Part shown: piece by piece, positions 50,701 to 60,619 of the stretch
How the letters are laid out: every line of letters starts with the position of its first letter
Position numbering within the stretch: position 1 is the stretch's first letter
Source of the DNA: an uncultured Methanosarcinales archaeon
Lineage (GTDB): Archaea; Nanobdellota; Nanobdellia; Woesearchaeales; JACJVV01
Direction: 5' to 3'
DNA length: 64,000 nt
Assembly (NCBI GenBank): GCA_964581515.1
Contig: CAZOOV010000007.1
Span: 12,698 to 76,697, forward strand
The notes under the pieces: generated by a model
What the model saw: only the letters and a program-made list of their open reading frames with translations
Databases searched by the model: none
Told to the model about the DNA's origin: nothing
Position numbers and translations under genes: made by a program

Positions 50701-51261
50701 CAGGGAAAAAATGTAAATGTCCTTGTACTTGATACAGAAGTATATTCCAATACAGGTGGACAAGCTTCAAAAGCAACACCTCTTGGTGCAACTGCAAAAT
50801 TCGCTTCTGCTGGAAAACGTTCAGGGAAGAAGAATATGGGCCTGATGATGATGACATATGGTAATGTCTATGTTGCATCAGTTGCAATGGGTGCTAATCA
50901 AAACCAGGTCGTAAAAGCACTTAGGGAGGCTGAAAGCTATGATGGACCTTCTATTGTATTTGCATACTCACCATGCATTGCACATGGTATTGATATGACT
51001 AAGACACAAGAAGAAGAGAAAAAAGCAGTCGATGCAGGATACTGGCCATTATATAGGTATAATCCTGAAAGTGAAAAACCCTTAACATGGGACTGCGGTG
51101 ATGCAAAAGTTTCTTTTAAGGAATTCTTGCTTGGTGAGAACAGGTATAGGATACTCCAAAGAGAGCATCCTGATGATGCAGAAAGATTATTTAAGTTAGC
51201 AGAAGAAGATGCAAAAAGACGTGCTGATGACATAAAAACATTAATTGGGGGTGAAAAGTGA
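47743..51261 (+). CDS. nifJ: Pyruvate:ferredoxin (flavodoxin) oxidoreductase, single-chain type
   Basis: YPITPS, MQSEGGAAG, two 4Fe-4S motifs, FSGACAGCGET, GGDGWAYDIG, YSNTGGQ. Confidence 0.97.
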   Translation: MAKKFKSVDGNTAAANVAYAYSEVAAIYPITPSSPMGESADSWSAAGKKNIFNQIVHVQEMQSEGGAAGAIHGSLTAGALTTTFTASQGLMLMLPNMFKIAGELLPCVFHVSARSLAYQSLSIFGDHSDVMTARSTGFSMLASGSVQEAQDMAAIAHLSSIEARLPFLHFFDGFRTSHEVQKIETIDNETLKSMFNMKALKDFRKNALNPEHPSCKVGAENPDVYFQGRERANKYHARIPGIVRKYMDLYAKKTGRKYGLFDYCGSKDAEKVIIMMGSGADTAEEAVNYLSENGEKIGVLKVRLYRPFSVESFIGALPDSVKKIAVLDRTKESGSVGEPLYLDVVGALKGKDITIIGGRYGLSSKEFTPSMVKAVFAHLDGKCTHDFTVGIDDDLSKTSIEVKEEIDTEQKGVVRCKFWGYGSDGTVSANKNSIKIIGDNTDKYVQAYFSYDSKKSGGITVSHLRFSDKPIQSGYLLNNADFIALHKPSYIGRYDILAGIADGGTFLLNTPFKGKEIFESLTEDMQKTIIDKKISFYAIDATKISKQVGLGNRINTVMQAAFFKISGIIPEKDAIKLIKDAIEKQFSKKGEEIVKMNWECVDNTVAALEKVEIPATVGKSVPMLKLLPDDASDFAKEIIEPTMRLKGDEIPVSKMPLDGSVPTATTKLEKRGVADMVPEWIPEKCIQCGRCSLVCPHASIRIKQMEAGDLKGAPDTFTTLKAMGKQEKDMKFKVQVYAEDCQGCTLCVNDCPVKDKALKMVPIEQAREKGENENEKFFDALPDNVLDGAPEGTVKWTQLQQPLFEFSGACAGCGETPYVKLVTQLFGRRMIIANATGCSSIYGGTFPTIPYCQTKDGKGPCWANSLFEDNAEYGYGMRLALNSNRDMLHNLISELIADKGSDKKIKVAFEKIISMWNDKTLEAEKAADEIIGLLPDAIKNSDNDNKEKLQRIYESRDFLVDKSVWIVGGDGWAYDIGYGGLDHVLAQGKNVNVLVLDTEVYSNTGGQASKATPLGATAKFASAGKRSGKKNMGLMMMTYGNVYVASVAMGANQNQVVKALREAESYDGPSIVFAYSPCIAHGIDMTKTQEEEKKAVDAGYWPLYRYNPESEKPLTWDCGDAKVSFKEFLLGENRYRILQREHPDDAERLFKLAEEDAKRRADDIKTLIGGEK

Positions 51262-51764
51262 TGGAAGTTAATGATCATTTAACAGAAGTGTTTGAATTCG
51301 CAAAAAAGATGGAGCTTGATGGTAAAGCTAAATATGAAGAAGAGCTTGCTAAAACAGAAGATCCAGGACTTAAAAGCATACTAAAAATGCTCATAGATGC
51401 AGAAGTTAACCATTATGAGGTATTTGATGCTATGCAACAGAAACACTCAAAAGAAGTAATCCATACATCACTAAAGGATGTAAAGAACATCTTTCAGGAG
51501 ATTAAAGAGAAAGGAGAAAAGATAATCACTTCTGAAGAACATGCTGATTTCTATCTGAAAGCAAAAGAGATTGAGGAAAAAGCTGAAGAGACATATAGGA
51601 AGGAAGCACAAGCATGCGAAGATGAGGAAGTCAAGAAGATACTCATTGAGATTGCAGATGAAGAGCATAGGCATGTTATTTTGATGCAAAGTCTTCATGA
51701 AATGGTCCTTAACCCTAACCAATGGGTAGAGAATGCAGAATTCAATGAAATAAATGATTTCTGA
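51258..51764 (+). CDS. Ferritin-like / rubrerythrin family protein
   Basis: Duplicated E...ExxH motifs (AEVNH, EEHRH); overlaps the PFOR stop. Confidence 0.88.
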   Translation: MMEVNDHLTEVFEFAKKMELDGKAKYEEELAKTEDPGLKSILKMLIDAEVNHYEVFDAMQQKHSKEVIHTSLKDVKNIFQEIKEKGEKIITSEEHADFYLKAKEIEEKAEETYRKEAQACEDEEVKKILIEIADEEHRHVILMQSLHEMVLNPNQWVENAEFNEINDF

Positions 51765-51955
51765 TTTAAATAAATAATTCTTAATTTTATTTCTTTTTTT
51801 TCTTTATTAATTTCAATTGTTTTTGTTCTTTATTAGTTTCTGTTGTTCTTTTGCTCTTTATTGTTATCTATTGTTCTTGTTCTTTTTTACTCTTCATTGT
51901 TTTTTATTTCTTTTAGGAGATAAAGTTTATAAACTGAAGGATTAATTCTTTTAGT

Positions 51956-52711
51956 ATGGATTATCTACAAGCAATAGTACTTGCAATTGTGCAGGGGATA
52001 ACAGAATGGCTGCCTGTGAGCAGTAGTGCGCATCTTGCTATTGCTTCAAGAATTTTCCAGATTGAGACAAATCTTTTCTATTTTGTAATACTTCATCTTG
52101 CAACACTTGTGAGTTTAGGAATCTATTTTAGAAAAAGAATATTTAGTTTCTTTTTTGACATTAAAGGAGGGAAAATCCTTACGAAGAAAGGATGGTATGT
52201 TGTTTATGCATCTATCCCTATATTCTTAGCAGGATTTTTCTTGCATGATTTGATTGAAAGCATGTTTGTTGATTTCAGATTGATTGGTATGGCTCTTATT
52301 GCAAATGGTTTAATATTACTTAGCACAAAATTATTTAATGGTGAAAAAGAAATAACACTTCATAAGGCAATAGGTATTGGTATTGTTCAGATGTTTGCTC
52401 TTATACCTGGTATTTCTAGATCAGGTGTAACTGTATCTTCTGGTTTTTTTGCGAAAATGAAGAAAGATGAAGTCATAATGTTTTCTATGATGCTTTCAAT
52501 CCCTGCAATACTCGGTGCATTTTTATATGAGCTTTTTACAGTCCCCTATGATCCTTCTTTATCTATATTATCCATTATAGGTGGATTTATAGTCGCTGTT
52601 GGTTGCGGTTATTTTGCATTAAGGCTTTTAATTAAAAGGATAAGACAAGGAAGATTCAATGAATTCTGGAGTTATTGTATTGTTGTTGGGATTATTATGT
52701 TGTTTAATTGA
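51956..52711 (+). CDS. uppP: Undecaprenyl-diphosphate phosphatase
   Basis: QGITEWLPVSSSAHL and PGISRSG. Confidence 0.93.
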   Translation: MDYLQAIVLAIVQGITEWLPVSSSAHLAIASRIFQIETNLFYFVILHLATLVSLGIYFRKRIFSFFFDIKGGKILTKKGWYVVYASIPIFLAGFFLHDLIESMFVDFRLIGMALIANGLILLSTKLFNGEKEITLHKAIGIGIVQMFALIPGISRSGVTVSSGFFAKMKKDEVIMFSMMLSIPAILGAFLYELFTVPYDPSLSILSIIGGFIVAVGCGYFALRLLIKRIRQGRFNEFWSYCIVVGIIMLFN

Positions 52712-52728
52712 TTTTTATGATTCTTTTT

Positions 52729-52771
<43 letters not shown>

Positions 52772-52867
52772 TGAAATTTTAATTTCAATGTTTAATAATC
52801 TTCGATTATTATTAATTATTATTTCGTGATTATCATGTTCTATAACTGAATACTTTAAAAAGGAACT

Positions 52868-54139
52868 ATGGATTTGGATTCTATCATGGCAGGACCTTCA
52901 ACATTAATAGCAGAGTGGCAACCTTTTATTGAGGGGCATCTTAGTACTTTAGAGGGTATGATACAGCCAAATGGAGCAATATCAGCAGCACCTCATGATG
53001 GTTATAGCGCATTTTGGGTAAGAGATGGACTATACGCTCTGAAAGGATTTGAATATGTAGGTATGCATTCACAGGTCAAGAAGATGATGCGCGTACCTTT
53101 TACTATTTTTCATGAACATGACATGAAAATATGCGAGGGAATTAGACATAAGCCAAATTCAAGATATGAATTCTTGCATGCAAGATATCACCCGACAAAC
53201 CTTACAGAACTTAAAGATGACTGGGGTCATAATCAATTGGATATGCTTGGATTGTTCTTGTTTGAGACTGCTGATCTTTTGAAGAAGAACATACCTATAC
53301 TGCCTCATGAAGGAAGAAGAGAAGATATTTATCTGATAAATAAAGTCACCAGATATCTAGAGACTCTAGAATGGTGGAAATGCCCTGATTTTGGTGTATG
53401 GGAAGAAGGACCAGACTTACATTCATCTTCAATAGGTGCAGTGCTTGGGGGCATGCAAAGGATCGCTGATCTTGATAACCCTCAGGTATTCTTCAATGAA
53501 AAGCAATTAGTACACGGAAGAAAAGCATTGGATAAATTATTACCACTAGAGTCTTCTGGAACAAAAAGTGTTGCTGGCAGAGAATATGATCTTGCACAAC
53601 TTAGTCTTCTGTGGCCTTTTAGAGTATGTACATATGAACAAGCAAGTACAATTATGAAAAATATAGAAGAGAATCTTGTTAGGGATAAAGGAGTCGTAAG
53701 ATATCCTAAAGACCCATATTATAATGCTGCAGATGACAGGATGAAGAAAGAAGAAGTAAATCTTCCAGGCATAGTTCTTGCACATTATGACGAAGCAGAT
53801 AAGAATTATTTTCCTTGCGCTAATGAAGGAACAGAAGCACAGTGGCCATTAGGATTTGCATGGTTAAGCATAGTGCATTCTAAATGGGCAAAAAGCGATT
53901 TTGAAAAAGGAAGGGAAAGCTATAAACTAAATCAGGAAAAAGCAAAACATTATCTTGAGAAACTTAAAGAGGTTACATTACCAGTCGATGGTTCATCTGT
54001 AGGTTATATTCCTGAACTCTATGTTGGTGACGTGCCAAATATCAATACACCTTTGGCTTGGTCAACTTCTTTTGCAGTCGCTGCAGCAGAAGCGTATAAG
54101 CAGATAGAAGATCCAAATACTGTTTCTTTTGTTAAATAA
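52868..54139 (+). CDS. Glycoside hydrolase family 15 (glucoamylase-like)
   Basis: WVRD, GVWEE, RYPKDPY, PELY...PLAWS. Confidence 0.9.
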   Translation: MDLDSIMAGPSTLIAEWQPFIEGHLSTLEGMIQPNGAISAAPHDGYSAFWVRDGLYALKGFEYVGMHSQVKKMMRVPFTIFHEHDMKICEGIRHKPNSRYEFLHARYHPTNLTELKDDWGHNQLDMLGLFLFETADLLKKNIPILPHEGRREDIYLINKVTRYLETLEWWKCPDFGVWEEGPDLHSSSIGAVLGGMQRIADLDNPQVFFNEKQLVHGRKALDKLLPLESSGTKSVAGREYDLAQLSLLWPFRVCTYEQASTIMKNIEENLVRDKGVVRYPKDPYYNAADDRMKKEEVNLPGIVLAHYDEADKNYFPCANEGTEAQWPLGFAWLSIVHSKWAKSDFEKGRESYKLNQEKAKHYLEKLKEVTLPVDGSSVGYIPELYVGDVPNINTPLAWSTSFAVAAAEAYKQIEDPNTVSFVK

Positions 54140-54236
54140 ATCTTGTTAAGTATAAAAAATAGGACGATAAAATAAACAGGATAGACTGAGAAATAAATAA
54201 AATATAATGATAATATAAATAGAATAAATAAAATTC

Positions 54237-54863
54237 TTAATGTCTTCTGAAAGGATTTAATCTAGATAAATTATGTCTATCTAAATAAGATTGCGGTAAT
54301 GGCGGAGGTGTAGCTGGAGTTGCAGCAGGCGTAGGTGTCTGAGCAGGCGCTGGTCCTGGTAAAGGATCTATAATATTTTCAGCTCTCCATCTGAATTGTC
54401 TGTACAATTCTGCTGGCATCATTATCAATAACGCCATGTTCTGCTCGTCATTAAGATGAGGAATTGTACACTTAGCAATATTTTGTCTTGTGACCTTATT
54501 ATAGACTACAAAATCCATGTCCTGCAAGTATCTCTTGTCAGGTTCGTAATCAGTCGGATGTCTTATGCCTCTATGAGCCATTGTTCTTTTAGGCCGAGTG
54601 ATGTCTTTTACAAGATCAGCAATATCGCCTGCTTCATCTTTTGTAAGACCACCTATATATATCACTGGTTGATTAGCTATCTCTACATAAGTAATTGCCC
54701 TCTGGGTTGGGTTGACTGAGAAAAGGTCTTGTGTCTGTACAAGATCAATATTTGGTTCGAGTTCAGTATCTATCGTATGCGGTTGATTTGCATGATACTC
54801 TTCTGCTGGCTCAGACTTCCATAATCTTGCTACAAGATCTCTGAATACTTTTTCGTTTGCCAT
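54237..54863 (-). CDS. Hypothetical protein with Pro-rich tail
   Basis: Likely start MANEKVF at 54863, directly after the upstream stop. Confidence 0.6.
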   Translation of the reverse strand: MANEKVFRDLVARLWKSEPAEEYHANQPHTIDTELEPNIDLVQTQDLFSVNPTQRAITYVEIANQPVIYIGGLTKDEAGDIADLVKDITRPKRTMAHRGIRHPTDYEPDKRYLQDMDFVVYNKVTRQNIAKCTIPHLNDEQNMALLIMMPAELYRQFRWRAENIIDPLPGPAPAQTPTPAATPATPPPLPQSYLDRHNLSRLNPFRRH

Positions 54864-54864
54864 T

Positions 54865-55293
54865 TTATCGTTTAGTTGTAGGTTCAAACACTTTAAGGAA
54901 GACCTGCACTTGTGAATCATAAAGACAGATTCTATAGCGTTCCTGGTCTGCTGGTATTGTTCCCCTCAATGGAAGATCAATATCATCCTGGACAACGCAT
55001 TCCATATGTCTTATCAGCCTGCCTCTCATGTCTTCATATGTACCTTGAGCAGCTGTTGCTTCATAATTGAGCATCATTATTCCGCCTGCAGGATAGTTGT
55101 AGCCTGTTAAACTCAGTCCTTCAAGATCAGGCATAGTTTCAAACCTTTTCAGAGCAGGCATTTGCTGTATGAGTTTATTTCTGACTAGACCCTCATTAAG
55201 AGCTCTTCTGTTTATTGTTTCTAAGTCTAGCTCTTCTCTTTTTGGAGCTGTTGATTGCCCCATTGTTGGTTCTGTTGTACCGCCACCTACCAT
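54865..55293 (-). CDS. Hypothetical protein
   Basis: ORF with GAAACATTTATATA promoter upstream on the minus strand. Confidence 0.6.
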   Translation of the reverse strand: MVGGGTTEPTMGQSTAPKREELDLETINRRALNEGLVRNKLIQQMPALKRFETMPDLEGLSLTGYNYPAGGIMMLNYEATAAQGTYEDMRGRLIRHMECVVQDDIDLPLRGTIPADQERYRICLYDSQVQVFLKVFEPTTKR

Positions 55294-55419
55294 TTTGTAG
55301 GATATAAGCAGAACCTATATATAAATGTTTCGTTTTGTTACCACTAATAAGTGACTATCTTTAGAAAGATATAAATACTAGTAGTTTCAACCAACACCTA
55401 AACTAAAGGTAATGATAAA

Positions 55420-55968
55420 ATGTCAAAAAAATTACAAGTAGTAAATGAAGGTCCAGTTCCAGCTCAAGAAGGATTTTTTGGAGCAATAACACCAGCAATG
55501 GCTTATCATTTTCTGAGAGATAATGCAGATTTATCAGATGCAGGATTTGAATACGCAGTTCCAGTAGCACTGCCAGGATCAGAGACCTTGTTTGATGATT
55601 TCTTCAATGCAAAAATGGCTAATGGTTATTTTGTTAAGACATTCAGTCCAGATGTTGAAGATAGAGTGGATGCAGGAGTGATAGTCTCAAACGCTTGTAG
55701 TCCAGATGTTTATGTTGTTACAGCATACTCTCATTTTGGTGAACATTCAAAGCACCCATTTACATCAGAAGGTGGTGCTGGAAGACGATCAATCCATAAT
55801 AAACAGTTAGGAGTTAAACTTGATGTTACTATTGAAGATATATTGCAGTTTGGATGCACATGGACACCAGAACAAAGAGAAGAAGTCCTATCAACTGCAG
55901 TAAAACAGCATTATGAAGATATGTTTCCTGCAAGAGAAGTAAAAGCTTTGCCAGCGGAATATAGATAG
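55420..55968 (+). CDS. Hypothetical protein
   Basis: 182-aa ORF with SD-like AAGGT. Confidence 0.7.
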   Translation: MSKKLQVVNEGPVPAQEGFFGAITPAMAYHFLRDNADLSDAGFEYAVPVALPGSETLFDDFFNAKMANGYFVKTFSPDVEDRVDAGVIVSNACSPDVYVVTAYSHFGEHSKHPFTSEGGAGRRSIHNKQLGVKLDVTIEDILQFGCTWTPEQREEVLSTAVKQHYEDMFPAREVKALPAEYR

Positions 55969-56382
55969 TTAATTTATTTCATTCTCAGAATAAGAATTAT
56001 CATTTAACTTATTGCAAGCTCTATTTACACCATAAGAAAGCAGAGCCATACCATAATAACACGCGCAGTCTTGCCAATCAAATTCTATTTTTGGATGTGC
56101 TGCAATTACTATTTCTAAAGCAGACATAAGAGTAGGAATCATCATTGTTGTCTTGAATTTTTTCTCAGGGACTGCACATAAAGCTGCTACTGTTGCTAAT
56201 GCTCCTGCATAACCTATATCAGTCAAATGACCTGTAATCCAATCATGAGGACGTTTTCCAGCAAGTGCGTCCATCTGTATCCATTCGCCGTAACCAACCA
56301 TTGCTCCGTAGACTGTAAGCTCTAATGTATGTATAGCCTTATAGGCCTTAGAAACATTTCTTTTGAATCCTACTATTGTCAT
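55969..56382 (-). CDS. Hypothetical membrane protein
   Basis: Hydrophobic, with GHLTD...E...DWQD pattern; ATGA overlap with the upstream gene. Confidence 0.6.
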   Translation of the reverse strand: MTIVGFKRNVSKAYKAIHTLELTVYGAMVGYGEWIQMDALAGKRPHDWITGHLTDIGYAGALATVAALCAVPEKKFKTTMMIPTLMSALEIVIAAHPKIEFDWQDCACYYGMALLSYGVNRACNKLNDNSYSENEIN

Positions 56383-57149
56383 TCTAAAACCGGCAGATAA
56401 CAAGGACTCATAACTATCAAAAAATTCTTCTTGTCATGATGCTTTCGTAGTGCATCATAAAGCCTTGTCTTTGAGATCTCAATCTCTGCTTCAAGAGAAG
56501 CTTGTCCTATCTCTCTATAGACACCTGCTCTATCTGCATCATTAAACCTGTAATCATTAAGAAGCTTATCAAGTGCTGCCTGATCAAGTTCGCTCTCTTC
56601 TACTGCCCTTTCTACTGCAAACTCATGTGCATCCGCTTCCTTGCTAAATTGTTTTGAGATAAGAAATGCTATGCTCATCAATCTCTTATGGATATCATTG
56701 TGATTGTAGCCTTGTTCTTTCAATCTGTCAATGACTTCCTCATCATAATCTCCAGCTATGAAATCAGTAACACCTACACCATACCTATCTGATAGTGCCA
56801 TAGTATACCTTCCTTCAGGAGTGTTCCTTTCAGGAGCTGCCTCAAGGAAAAAGTGCCAATCATCAGGATTCTTCTCAACTCCAGGAGTGACTTCAATGCC
56901 CATCTTTATTGCAGCGGATGTAGAGAACGACTTGCATGTAAGGACGTAAAGCCATTGGTCTGTCCTGGACATCTTCTTCTCAAAATGAGCTTCACCCAGC
57001 CTACCTACACTTGTACATTCTTTCAGAATATCATCTAAAGGTGCTGCTCTGTAATATCCAGAAAGAATACTTTGCCTGACATTTCCTGAAACAAATGGAA
57101 ATGAGATCTTATGCAATGCCTTCAATCCTGCTGCTTTTATATTTGCCAT
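56379..57149 (-). CDS. Hypothetical protein
   Basis: 256-aa ORF with an upstream TATA box. Confidence 0.65.
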   Translation of the reverse strand: MANIKAAGLKALHKISFPFVSGNVRQSILSGYYRAAPLDDILKECTSVGRLGEAHFEKKMSRTDQWLYVLTCKSFSTSAAIKMGIEVTPGVEKNPDDWHFFLEAAPERNTPEGRYTMALSDRYGVGVTDFIAGDYDEEVIDRLKEQGYNHNDIHKRLMSIAFLISKQFSKEADAHEFAVERAVEESELDQAALDKLLNDYRFNDADRAGVYREIGQASLEAEIEISKTRLYDALRKHHDKKNFLIVMSPCYLPVLE

Positions 57150-57266
57150 TATATCACTTATTTATACTAGGAGAATTGGTTCTGGCCTTATAAATATTTC
57201 TGTCACTACTAATTAATAGTAAATAAACGAAAACTTTATAAATGAAGAACTTTTAATGCAACCAAT

Positions 57267-58070
57267 ATGGTTTACTCAATATTGGGGCTTGATAATGAGG
57301 TAATTGGACATACCAATAGTATTGATCCTAAAATCCTTAATCATTTCTATGGTCAGATTAGGCTTAAGCATCCTGGAAGGCTTAAGAATGAATTCTTTGA
57401 GATCCTTACACCTGAAGGTGATAAGACAGGAAAGCTGAAGTTGAGGGATCTTATCCATAAAGATGGCGACTGGCATGGTGCTTTCCAGTTCCACGTATAT
57501 ACTATTGCATCAGATGGAATCATCAGTCTTCTACTGCAGAAAAGAGCTTCTGATAAAGACCTTTGCCCTGATAAACTTGATACATTAGTTGGGGGTCATT
57601 TTGCTCCTGGTGAAGAAGTTGAAGAGGGAGTAAGGGAAATTAAAGAAGAAGTAGGACTTGATGTTGATTTCTCAGATCTGACTTATCTTGGAAAAAGAAT
57701 CCAGTTATATCAAGATGATGCACTTGGAATCAATAATCGAGAAGTTCAGGATGTAACTGTATATAGATGCGATCAACCTCTTGACGCTTATACATTACAA
57801 GAAGAAGAAGTTGCTGCAATCATGAAAGTTAGGATTGATGACTTCATTGATTTGATGATGGACAGGCTGCCAGAGATGGAAGTTGAAGATGGAATAATAC
57901 TTGCGAAAGGAAATGTGGAGAAATATATCCCAAGGATAACAGCTGATGACATGTGGCCTTCACCTCATGACGATTACGCTTTGAAGACTGCACTGATTGT
58001 CAGGAACATTGCAAATGGATTTAAGGTTCCTGAGAAACCATACATGAAGGATGTCACTGAATTATTTTAG
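57267..58070 (+). CDS. NUDIX hydrolase (IDI-like/YfcD-type)
   Basis: IHKDGDWH, LLQKRA..KD..P..LD..VGGH, Nudix box GEEVEEGVREIKEEVG, LQEEEV. Confidence 0.9.
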   Translation: MVYSILGLDNEVIGHTNSIDPKILNHFYGQIRLKHPGRLKNEFFEILTPEGDKTGKLKLRDLIHKDGDWHGAFQFHVYTIASDGIISLLLQKRASDKDLCPDKLDTLVGGHFAPGEEVEEGVREIKEEVGLDVDFSDLTYLGKRIQLYQDDALGINNREVQDVTVYRCDQPLDAYTLQEEEVAAIMKVRIDDFIDLMMDRLPEMEVEDGIILAKGNVEKYIPRITADDMWPSPHDDYALKTALIVRNIANGFKVPEKPYMKDVTELF

Positions 58071-58132
58071 AAGACAATTTTAGAAGTCAATCATAGGAGA
58101 CAATCATAGGAAACAATCATAGAAGATAATAT
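58068..58132. repeat. Five degenerate 13-bp tandem repeats
   Basis: tagaagacaattt tagaagtcaatca taggagacaatca taggaaacaatca tagaagataatat; the first unit begins with the NUDIX stop codon. Confidence 0.85.
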
Positions 58133-58141
58133 TAAAAGATC

Positions 58142-59293
58142 ATGAAGATGAGCAAACCAACACAAGATTTGGATTTTGAATTGATTTCAGTACTTTTTGG
58201 CAGAGAGTTTTATGGAAATCTGCAAAAGCTTGATGTTCCTGTTGAATTCCCTTATCTCTCAGACACTACAGAATATATGCCTTCAGGAAGAGCTCTTGAA
58301 GTAGCAGGCATTGAACTTCCAGAAAATCCACCTAACTTTCTTACAACAACAGCTGTGCATAATCTTGTGGGACTTCCAAAGAAAGGAAACATCCAAGTAA
58401 TAGGTGGCGCAGCAGGACTTAATCTTGACGGTGTTCCTACTATTAATGACCTTATCTCAGGGATGATTGATAATAAAGACCTTCCGGATGCTTATTATTT
58501 TGCACTTGACATCTATCGTGCCGCAAATAATCTTGAGTCAAATATTATTACTGGTGGAACGCAGTCTGGAGTAATGGCTTTGCTTTCTTCAATTTGGTTG
58601 ACTGATCAAATACTTAATGAATATATATGCAGAGCCGCTATAAAAAAATCAGACTTCTTAGGTATGCCTATTGAAAGAATTGTCAATACAAATACTCCTT
58701 CATTATTACATGTAGTACCTAAAAGAACAACCATCTATCCTGGGAATGATGAAGTCAAAATGGATGAATGGCCATGTCCTCTTGCACCATGTACTGGATT
58801 TATCGTCGTTGGAGGAGGAGATGGTTGGGGACAGCAAGGTGAAGCACTTGAGAAAAGCAGTTATGTAACAAGCTTTATTCCAGCAGCAGACCATGCAATA
58901 TCATCATTACCAAGAATAAAAAATTAATATTCTTCACGTGTCGCAATCGTCCTTAATGGAGGATATCTTTCACTTATTGAGACAAAAAGAGCAGTAGAAG
59001 CAAGAGATCCTGCAAAAATAATTGCACTCAAAGGGAGCGGAAGATTTGCTGATCTTCTTGCTGCAACCATTGAGAATGATTATAAGTTACCTACCGATGA
59101 TCATGAAGTATGGAAATCTGAAAGATTAAGAGATGATTATAGCAATCCTAGTTATACTAAAGCATTCAGTGAGTTAATTACAAGCTTAAAATTCTACGAG
59201 AAAGCAAAGATGGATAGAGCATATATCTTTCAAGCAGGCAATGAAGGGCTTACTGCAAAGATAGAATCTGTAATGAATGGTACAAGGATGTAG
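58142..59293 (+). CDS. TRPM-type SLOG (LSDAT-like) protein interrupted by an in-frame TAA at 58925-58927
   Basis: Before the stop: VIGGA, IITGGTQSGVM, FIVVGG..WG. After it, 121 more in-frame codons include VAIVLNGG...IIALKGSGRFADLLA and end at TAG 59293. Confidence 0.8.
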
Positions 59294-59305
59294 AGGTTAT
59301 GCAAG

Positions 59306-60619
59306 ATGCCTCCTAAGAAAATGCTTTATGATAAAAGATTACAAAAGATTGAAAACTTAGTTTCTTCAGGCATTATTCAAAGAGACTCCTGGCATGACTC
59401 TTTAGTATGGGCTGTTAACGAGGGAAGGCTTTCTTTTGCGCAAATCACTGAAATAGAACAACTGGGAAGAGAAGCGCGTTCTATGCTACTTAATCTAAGT
59501 TATGATGATAGGGCTAAAGCTGTTTCTGATGTAAAAAGCAGATGGCAAAGCCTCTTAGATAGAGATAGCATCAAATTCAGATCAGATTTTGAAAAGAAGT
59601 TTTATTCTGCTTTGTATAATGGGGTTTCACGCACTGTAAGCGAGCCTTCTTTTGCGACAAATGTACTTCCTTTTGCTGTTAGCGGACTTGGAGAAAAAGT
59701 AAAATCACATGGTGATGACATTTTAGACGCACTATATCTTGCAGGTTTTCCAGAGCAAGTATTAGAATCAAATGCAGGAGTCACATCAATACTTACCTCG
59801 GCAAAAACGAATGATGTTGTATCAAGGCATCCTACATTCACTGCAAAAGACAAGCAAGGTAGAGAGTGGCATATCAAAGTCAGTGATGATGAGAAGGGAA
59901 GCGAAAGAGAAGCTTCAGCAGGCTATTATCTTGCTCCAGAGATGGGATTTCTTATCCCTAGTAAATTTCCTATTGCTATTGATACTAATGGTATGTATAT
60001 GACATTTCATAAAAAAGTAGTGGACGATAATGTAAAAGGGATTGATTACTGGATAAAATCATTAGCAGCACTCCATGCAAATGCACAGTGGGTTTTGAAA
60101 AAGAATAATGTAGAAATTGAAGGTTATAAATTAAGAGAAGAAAGCAGTATTGCTGATATGGTTGACTCAATCAAGGGAATTTGTGGGATTAATGTAGCTG
60201 TAAATTATGATGCTATATTAATGGATGATGCTATCAGATATTTGAATGAAATAGGACCAAAGTGCTTTATACATGGTGATTTAAAGGGAGATAATCTTCT
60301 TGGAAAATACATGGTTGACCTTGAAGGAAGTGGCATAGGCCATCCTGCTCTTGATCTTGCTATGGTGCTCATGGGACATAAAGTGCCTGTTGAAGAATGG
60401 GATATGAAACTTGTAGACTATCTTAGCATCAAGGGGACTGAGAATTCTTTTGATAATGAATTTAGACATCTTAAAGAAGGAGTACAATACGCTGCAATTT
60501 ATACTGCAACAAAAGAAATACTAGGGAGTTCTATGAGAGAACTTAGGGCAGATACAATACTTAATAATCAACTTCTTGCAACTTATCTAGTCGCTAATGC
60601 TAAGCAATCTAGACGATAG
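59306..60619 (+). CDS. Aminoglycoside/choline kinase-like phosphotransferase with N-terminal extension
   Basis: HIK...RE, LAALH, IHGDLKGDN, VDLE...GHPALDLA. Confidence 0.8.
   Translation: MPPKKMLYDKRLQKIENLVSSGIIQRDSWHDSLVWAVNEGRLSFAQITEIEQLGREARSMLLNLSYDDRAKAVSDVKSRWQSLLDRDSIKFRSDFEKKFYSALYNGVSRTVSEPSFATNVLPFAVSGLGEKVKSHGDDILDALYLAGFPEQVLESNAGVTSILTSAKTNDVVSRHPTFTAKDKQGREWHIKVSDDEKGSEREASAGYYLAPEMGFLIPSKFPIAIDTNGMYMTFHKKVVDDNVKGIDYWIKSLAALHANAQWVLKKNNVEIEGYKLREESSIADMVDSIKGICGINVAVNYDAILMDDAIRYLNEIGPKCFIHGDLKGDNLLGKYMVDLEGSGIGHPALDLAMVLMGHKVPVEEWDMKLVDYLSIKGTENSFDNEFRHLKEGVQYAAIYTATKEILGSSMRELRADTILNNQLLATYLVANAKQSRR

Noticed and set aside
47868..51278. Short alternative-frame and antisense ORFs in PFOR and other long genes
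   Set aside because: These are shadow ORFs overlapping well-supported genes, with no motifs or start signals.
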